Positions 36,001-40,030 of a stretch of 40,030 bases of DNA are shown in pieces. Under the pieces are notes generated by a model. It saw only the letters and a list, made by a program, of their open reading frames with translations, did no database searches and was not told where the DNA came from. This DNA comes from Chiloscyllium plagiosum. Taxonomy: Eukaryota. A program made the position numbers and the translations under genes. How positions within the stretch are numbered: the stretch's first letter is position 1; each line of letters opens with the position of its first letter. Location of the stretch: contig NC_057751.1 in assembly GCF_004010195.1 (NCBI RefSeq), positions 14,545,081-14,585,110 on the forward strand, given 5' to 3'.

Positions 36001-37313
36001 CAATCATGAGCAGGAGGTAGAGCAAACCTTTCCTTCCCCCAGATATTTAAGAGGGATGAACATGAACTCTGCTGGTCCAATGGGATCCCCTTGTTTCGTG
36101 TGTATTGCTCAAGATCAGGGAACTACTGCAGGAATCATTCAGTAGTGGGGTGGCACGGTGGCTATCATCACCCGTGTTTCATTCCAGCGTCAGGTATTTT
36201 TTTAGATGAGATTCCCTCAGTGTGGAAACAGACCATTTGGCTCACACCGACCCTCCAAAGAGTAACCCACCCAGACCCATTTCCCAACATTTACCCATGA
36301 CTAACAATATGGGTAATTTAGTATGGCCAATTCACCCAACCTGCACATCTTTGAACTGTGAATTGAATTGAACTGAATTTATTGTCATGTGTACCGAGGC
36401 ACAGTGGGCTGTGGGAGGAAACTGGAGCATCCAGAGAAAACCCACATCGACACAGGGAAGAATCTGCAAACTCCACACAGACAGTCGCCCGAGGAGGGAA
36501 TCGAACCCAGGTCCCTGGCGCTGTGAGGCAGCAATACTAACCACTGGATCACCATGCTACCATAGGTGCCACCAAGATCCAGGCGACTGTATGTGTGGAG
36601 TCTGCACATTCTCCCCATGCCTGCCATAGGTTTTCCGCTGCCATAGTCCAAATATGTGAAAGTGGACTGCCCAAGCTAATTACAGGTGGGGGAACTGGGT
36701 CTGATCTCCAGCATTTGCAGTCCTCACTTTCACCGAGTTGATTATAACCTTACTGCGAATCCACTTGCAAGGATGCCAACCTTGAAGAAGTTCTCTTCTC
36801 TGTACAAAGGTCTCAGTGAGTCTCTCTCTCTCTCTCTCACTGCAACCCCCAGGTCATCTCCTCTGCCCTGAAGCACTTCAACCATGTCCTGAAACAGACT
36901 TCCCCAGACCCACCCCACTCCCTTTTATCTTTCCACCCCGGAGGCTCCCAGCCTCATTCCTGATGAAGGGCTTTTGCCCGAAACGTCGATTTTCCTGCTC
37001 CTCGGACGCTGCCTGACTTGCTGTGCTTTTCCAGCACCACTCTAACCTCGACTCTGATCTCCAGCATCTGCAGTCCTCGGTTTCGCCTAGTGGGACGTTC
37101 TTCGGCTGGTCGGTGCAGACTACCTTTCTGCACCGTTGGGACTCTATGAAACCTGGGGCTGGTACCTTGGGAGAAAGTCTCCTCGGAGCGTGTGGTGGTG
37201 AGCAGCCCCTCGGTCAGCAGGAAGCCACACTCCGTGCACACCAGGTGGCTCTGGCTGTAGTGGGAATCCTCGACCACCTCAGAGGAGCCACACTCCGGGC
37301 AACGGCCAGGCAT
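26361..37313 (-). CDS. BRF2: Transcription factor IIIB 50 kDa subunit BRF2, whole gene span, 4 coding exons, 421 aa
   Basis: Zn ribbon CPECG...CTECG with EDSHYSQ; cyclin folds ([30 protein letters not shown]); LPPC molecular pin; [19 protein letters not shown]-anchor region; exons 148+60+322+736 = 1266 nt in frame. Confidence 0.95.
27490..28200 (+). mobile_element. CR1-group LINE 3' part, decayed
   Basis: [17 protein letters not shown] remnant; tail CACCACCACCTGCAAGTTCCC...CCACTCACCATCCTGACTTGGAAATATAT. Confidence 0.7.
29855..31190. mobile_element. Cluster of nested CR1-like LINE 3' fragments (minus 29855-30150; plus about 30155-30590 and 31085-31190; minus about 30590-31080)
   Basis: [27 protein letters not shown] and [11 protein letters not shown] motifs, in opposite orientations. 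Confidence 0.75.
31339..31533. mobile_element. Fold-back Penelope-derived insertion, older/different subfamily, about 13-bp diverged TSD
   Basis: Arms CAAAACAGACCGGCAGAG... / ...CTCTGCCGGTCTGTTTTG; centre has hammerhead stem II remnant GGGT TAC ACCC GAAAC (minus); TSD taacacaggtgac / taacaaaggtgcc. Confidence 0.7.
32390..32711 (-). CDS. BRF2: BRF2 coding exon 3 (N-terminal cyclin fold)
   Basis: ttcctacAG acceptor, donor GTGAAT, 322 nt; [11 protein letters not shown]...LVKTHCD. Confidence 0.94.
33428..34396 (-). mobile_element. CR1/HER1-like LINE 3' end, same subfamily as 1075-1866
   Basis: [11 protein letters not shown]...EQRDLGVHV...[19 protein letters not shown]...[14 protein letters not shown]. 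Confidence 0.9.
33976..34154. mobile_element. Fold-back Penelope-derived insertion with perfect 14-bp TSD and perfect arms of about 60 bp
   Basis: TSD ctcaccagagtctt at 33962-33975 and 34155-34168; arms about 34012-34071 and 34097-34156; loop carries GGGCATGTGCCCGAAACGTCGAAT. Confidence 0.88.
34536..34595 (-). CDS. BRF2: BRF2 coding exon 2 ([21 protein letters not shown])
   Basis: tttttccacAG acceptor, donor GTAAGA, 60 nt, phase 1-1; resembles human EVTYSRSTGENEQVSRSQQRG as recalled; not in the ORF track. Confidence 0.85.
35310..35568 (+). mobile_element. CR1-like LINE extreme 3' fragment
   Basis: FKRDPRGNFF.MQRV...[22 protein letters not shown] motif and tail. Confidence 0.75.
36205..36680 (-). 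mobile_element. HE1-like SINE (minus, about 36205-36555) adjoining a partial plus-strand copy (about 36570-36680)
   Basis: GGGAATCGAACCCAGGTCCCTGGCGCTGTGAGGCAGCA reverse head; V-core. Confidence 0.75.
36700..37087 (+). mobile_element. Penelope-derived fragment with direct terminal repeats (pseudo-LTR-like), in BRF2 intron 1
   Basis: TCTGATCTCCAGCAT.TGCAGTCCTC at 36700 and 37053; hammerhead motif between them. Confidence 0.75.
36956..36991 (+). ncRNA. Minimal type I hammerhead ribozyme motif, intact core
   Basis: attc-CTGATGA-A-GGGC TTTT GCCC-GAAA-CGTC-gatt; predicted cleavage after GUC at 36987. Confidence 0.68.
37166..37313 (-). CDS. BRF2: BRF2 coding exon 1 ([21 protein letters not shown]...ETFSQ), Zn ribbon
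   Basis: ATG at 37313-37311, donor GTACCA, phase 1; preceded by a T-tract and CAG acceptor 3 nt upstream. Confidence 0.93.
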
Positions 37314-37731
37314 CCTCTGGAGACCGAAACAAAAAAAAAACGAGAACAAGCTGAGCCACTGAGAAAGTGCCAACAGAAAGACATGCAAGGCACAGAGCAG
37401 GAGAGGGTAGTCCACTTGTTGATGGAGAATCTGTCTAACCTCGAGGTTGAGAAGATTCAACAAGGCCTGTGCTGCCACCTCCTTGGGTGGGGGGGGTTGG
37501 TTTTGAGAGACTGGGGCCCTTCTGAGAAAGAAAGCAAAGTCCTCCTGATCTGGTTGGGAGGTAGGTAGGTCGGCAGCCCTCCCTGAAGCTGTGAGGTTTG
37601 ACTGGTTTGACTGGGTTTCTCCCTCCCCCCCGGGCCCTGTCATGGACGGACAGATCCTCCGGAACGTGGGGATGGAATACTGTGTGGCGCTCCCAGCTCT
37701 GAGCGGGAGGAGCTGCTGGATAAGGACAGGG

Positions 37732-38080
37732 CTCTCGTGCAGCACGGACACAGGAGGGCCCGGCCCCGCCCACCCCCCGCGAGCGCAGGGTGGGGGAGGG
37801 AAGGAAAAAACCGTCAGATCAATTCAAACATTCAAATTCCGATCAGTTGAGGCGGCTCGAACTCCTGCGCAAGCGCGGTACTCTCGTGCAGCACGGACAC
37901 AGGAGGGCCCGGCCCCGCCCACCCCCCGCGAGCACAGGGTGGGGGAAGGGAAGGGAAGGAAAAAACCGTCAGATCAATTCAAACATTCAAATTCCGATCA
38001 GTTGAGGCGGCTCGAACTCCTGCGCAAGCGCGGTACCGCGTTGATACGACACGTCACAATCGCCCCCGGATTCCCCTTCC
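37732..38080 (-). promoter_or_regulatory. Putative BRF2 CpG promoter / non-coding first exon, present as a 149+155 bp tandem duplication
   Basis: CpG-rich; each copy has a GC box CCCCGCCC and an NRF1-like TGCGCAAGCGC; located about 420-720 bp upstream of the ATG. Confidence 0.55.
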
Positions 38081-38265
38081 ACCCCAACCACCCATCCTGA
38101 CCCTTGACCCTCTCCTCCCCCTGCCAGTCAGTCCACCTCCTGCCCTCGACCCCCTCCTCCCCTAACCCTCCCACCTACCCTTTCCCTCCCCACCCTGAGG
38201 ACCTCTACTACCACTCATCCCTGACCCTCTCCTCCACCTGCCAGTGAGTCCACCTCCTGCCCCGA

Positions 38266-38611
38266 NNNNNNNNNNNNNNNNNNNNNNNNNNNNNNNNNNN
38301 NNNNNNNNNNNNNNNNNNNNNNNNNNNNNNNNNNNNNNNNNNNNNNNNNNNNNNNNNNNNNNNNNNNNNNNNNNNNNNNNNNNNNNNNNNNNNNNNNNNN
38401 NNNNNNNNNNNNNNNNNNNNNNNNNNNNNNNNNNNNNNNNNNNNNNNNNNNNNNNNNNNNNNNNNNNNNNNNNNNNNNNNNNNNNNNNNNNNNNNNNNNN
38501 NNNNNNNNNNNNNNNNNNNNNNNNNNNNNNNNNNNNNNNNNNNNNNNNNNNNNNNNNNNNNNNNNNNNNNNNNNNNNNNNNNNNNNNNNNNNNNNNNNNN
38601 NNNNNNNNNNN
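38266..38611. other. Assembly gap (346 N) within C-rich low-complexity sequence
   Basis: Run of N. Confidence 1.
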
Positions 38612-39009
38612 CCCCCCGCTGCATCACCCCCAATCCCTCCTCTCCCTTCACCACTTTCCCTCTTCTTCAGATCACCCTTCCCCACCTCCCCAAACAGACG
38701 ATCACCCACACAGAGGAATGAACCCTCCCCCTGTCCTTCAGGAGAGGTGGCGGCCAAGTAGAATGATCGTCAAATATTAATGCGGAAACTCGACTCACGT
38801 TCTGGGTTCCGAATCCCAATTCAGCGGATCGTGGAACTCAAACTAAATTTTTGGAAAAAATCAGGCCATTTCAGCGTCGACTGTGGGTCTGGGGTTACAT
38901 CTGGGCAACAATGGGTGAGGATGGGAGATTTAGTGAACCAGATGGGGTTTCCCGACAATGGTTTCATGGTCGGCAGTAGAATCTTAATTCCAGATTCAAT
39001 GAAATCACC

Positions 39010-39690
39010 TTGGATCACCCGTCATCAACTAAGGCACCAGAAAAAACGATGGCAGCCCTGTAAAATCTGCCTTATTTGGGAGAACTGTCTCCCAGACTCA
39101 TCAAGCAACAGCCTGACCTAGTCACACTCAGGAAACCATACCTTACAGACCATGTGATAGATACCACCATAACCATTCCTGGATATGTCCTGTCCCACCA
39201 GCAGGACAGACCCAGCAGAGATGGCGGCACACAGCAGGGAGGGAGTTGCCCTGGGAATCCTCAACAGTGACTCTGGACTTCTTGATGTCTCATGGCTTCA
39301 ACTTAAACATGAAGCCCTTCCTGAAGAAGGGCTTATGCCTGAAACGTCGATTCTCCTGTTCCCTGGATGCTGCCTGACCTGCTGCGCTTTTCCAGCAACA
39401 CATTTCCAGCTCTTCAGCTTAAACATGGGCAAGGAAACCTCCTGTTGATTAACACATACCATCCTTCCTCAGCTGATGAATTGACACTCCTCCATGTTGA
39501 ACAAAACTTGGAGGAAGTCCTCAGAGAGACAAGGGTGCAGTGTGTACTCTGGGCAGGGGACTTCGATGTCCATCACCAAGAGTGGCTTGGTAGCAGTACT
39601 ACTGATCGAGTTGGTCAGATCCTAAAGGACATAGCAGGTGGTGAGGGAACCAACAAGTGGCAAAAACACACAACCTCATCTTTACTGTGC
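39010..39690 (+). mobile_element. CR1-group LINE endonuclease (APE) region, decayed
   Basis: LIKQQPDLV...TITIPGYVLSHQQDRPSRDGG; later VLWAGDFDVHHQEWLGS. Confidence 0.75.
39312..39412 (+). mobile_element. Penelope-derived insertion with 15-bp TSD, hammerhead core (39321-39348) and a vestigial 9-nt inverted arm
   Basis: TSD ttcaacttaaacatg (39297-39311) / ttcagcttaaacatg (39413-39427); CTGAAGA-A-GGGC TTAT GCCT-GAAA-CGTC. Confidence 0.8.
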
Positions 39691-40030
39691 ACCCCCTTCT
39701 CCAGTACTCCATTCCCTGTCACGGACCTCCATCGCCCATTGTGGACCTCCATTCTCCCACCTCCACTCCTCCCCTCCCGCCCTGGACTTCCACTCTGCCA
39801 CATCTCCACAACTTGCACATCCCACATTTCCACTTCCCACTCCTGTTCCACTTCCACTTCCCCTTCCCTTGCCAACCTCTCTGACCTCGCCATTTCCCCC
39901 ACACCCCGACATCCACATGACCCGTCTTATCAATTCCACATCCCGACTTCCATTTCCTCCAGCCATGACTTTCACTTCCCCTGCATCGCATTTTCCCCAC
40001 CCAGACCTGCACATCCCCCTCCACATCCCC
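39690..40030. repeat. C-rich low-complexity / degenerate (CCACTT)n-like sequence
   Basis: Strong C/T bias; similar to 1-400 and 38085-38720. Confidence 0.7.

Noticed and set aside
37345..37730. Protein-like plus-strand stretch ([31 protein letters not shown]), faintly like a Tx1/L1 C-terminal motif or a PYD helix
   Set aside because: Similarity too weak to support by eye; would need tBLASTn/HMM searches.

Overview
Vertebrate genomic DNA, almost certainly elasmobranch (shark), judged from HE1/V-type SINEs, CR1/HER1-like LINEs, DeuSINEs and Penelope-derived repeats. It contains two complete, convergent, intron-containing genes. FHIP2B/FAM160B2 lies on the + strand: 17 coding exons, 572-25237, 2223 nt, 740 aa. 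BRF2, the TFIIB-like subunit of TFIIIB, lies on the - strand: 4 coding exons, 37313-26361, 1266 nt, 421 aa. I reconstructed all exons by hand; they have GT-AG boundaries and consistent phases. The introns are repeat-dense, and there are two N gaps. Notable extras: (1) a diverged duplicate of the BRF2 intron-3 acceptor and exon-4 start sits in the BRF2 3'UTR and could yield a truncated 187-aa BRF2; (2) a family of short, TSD-flanked fold-back insertions derived from Penelope-like termini turns around at a minimal hammerhead ribozyme motif, with intact cores at 8619, 36960 and 39321; (3) a 250-bp near-perfect palindrome lies in FHIP2B intron 6; (4) a minisatellite has amplified a 5' splice site 13 times; (5) the putative BRF2 promoter module is tandemly duplicated. 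Family and orthology assignments rest on my recall of the sequences, not on database searches, and repeat boundaries are approximate.
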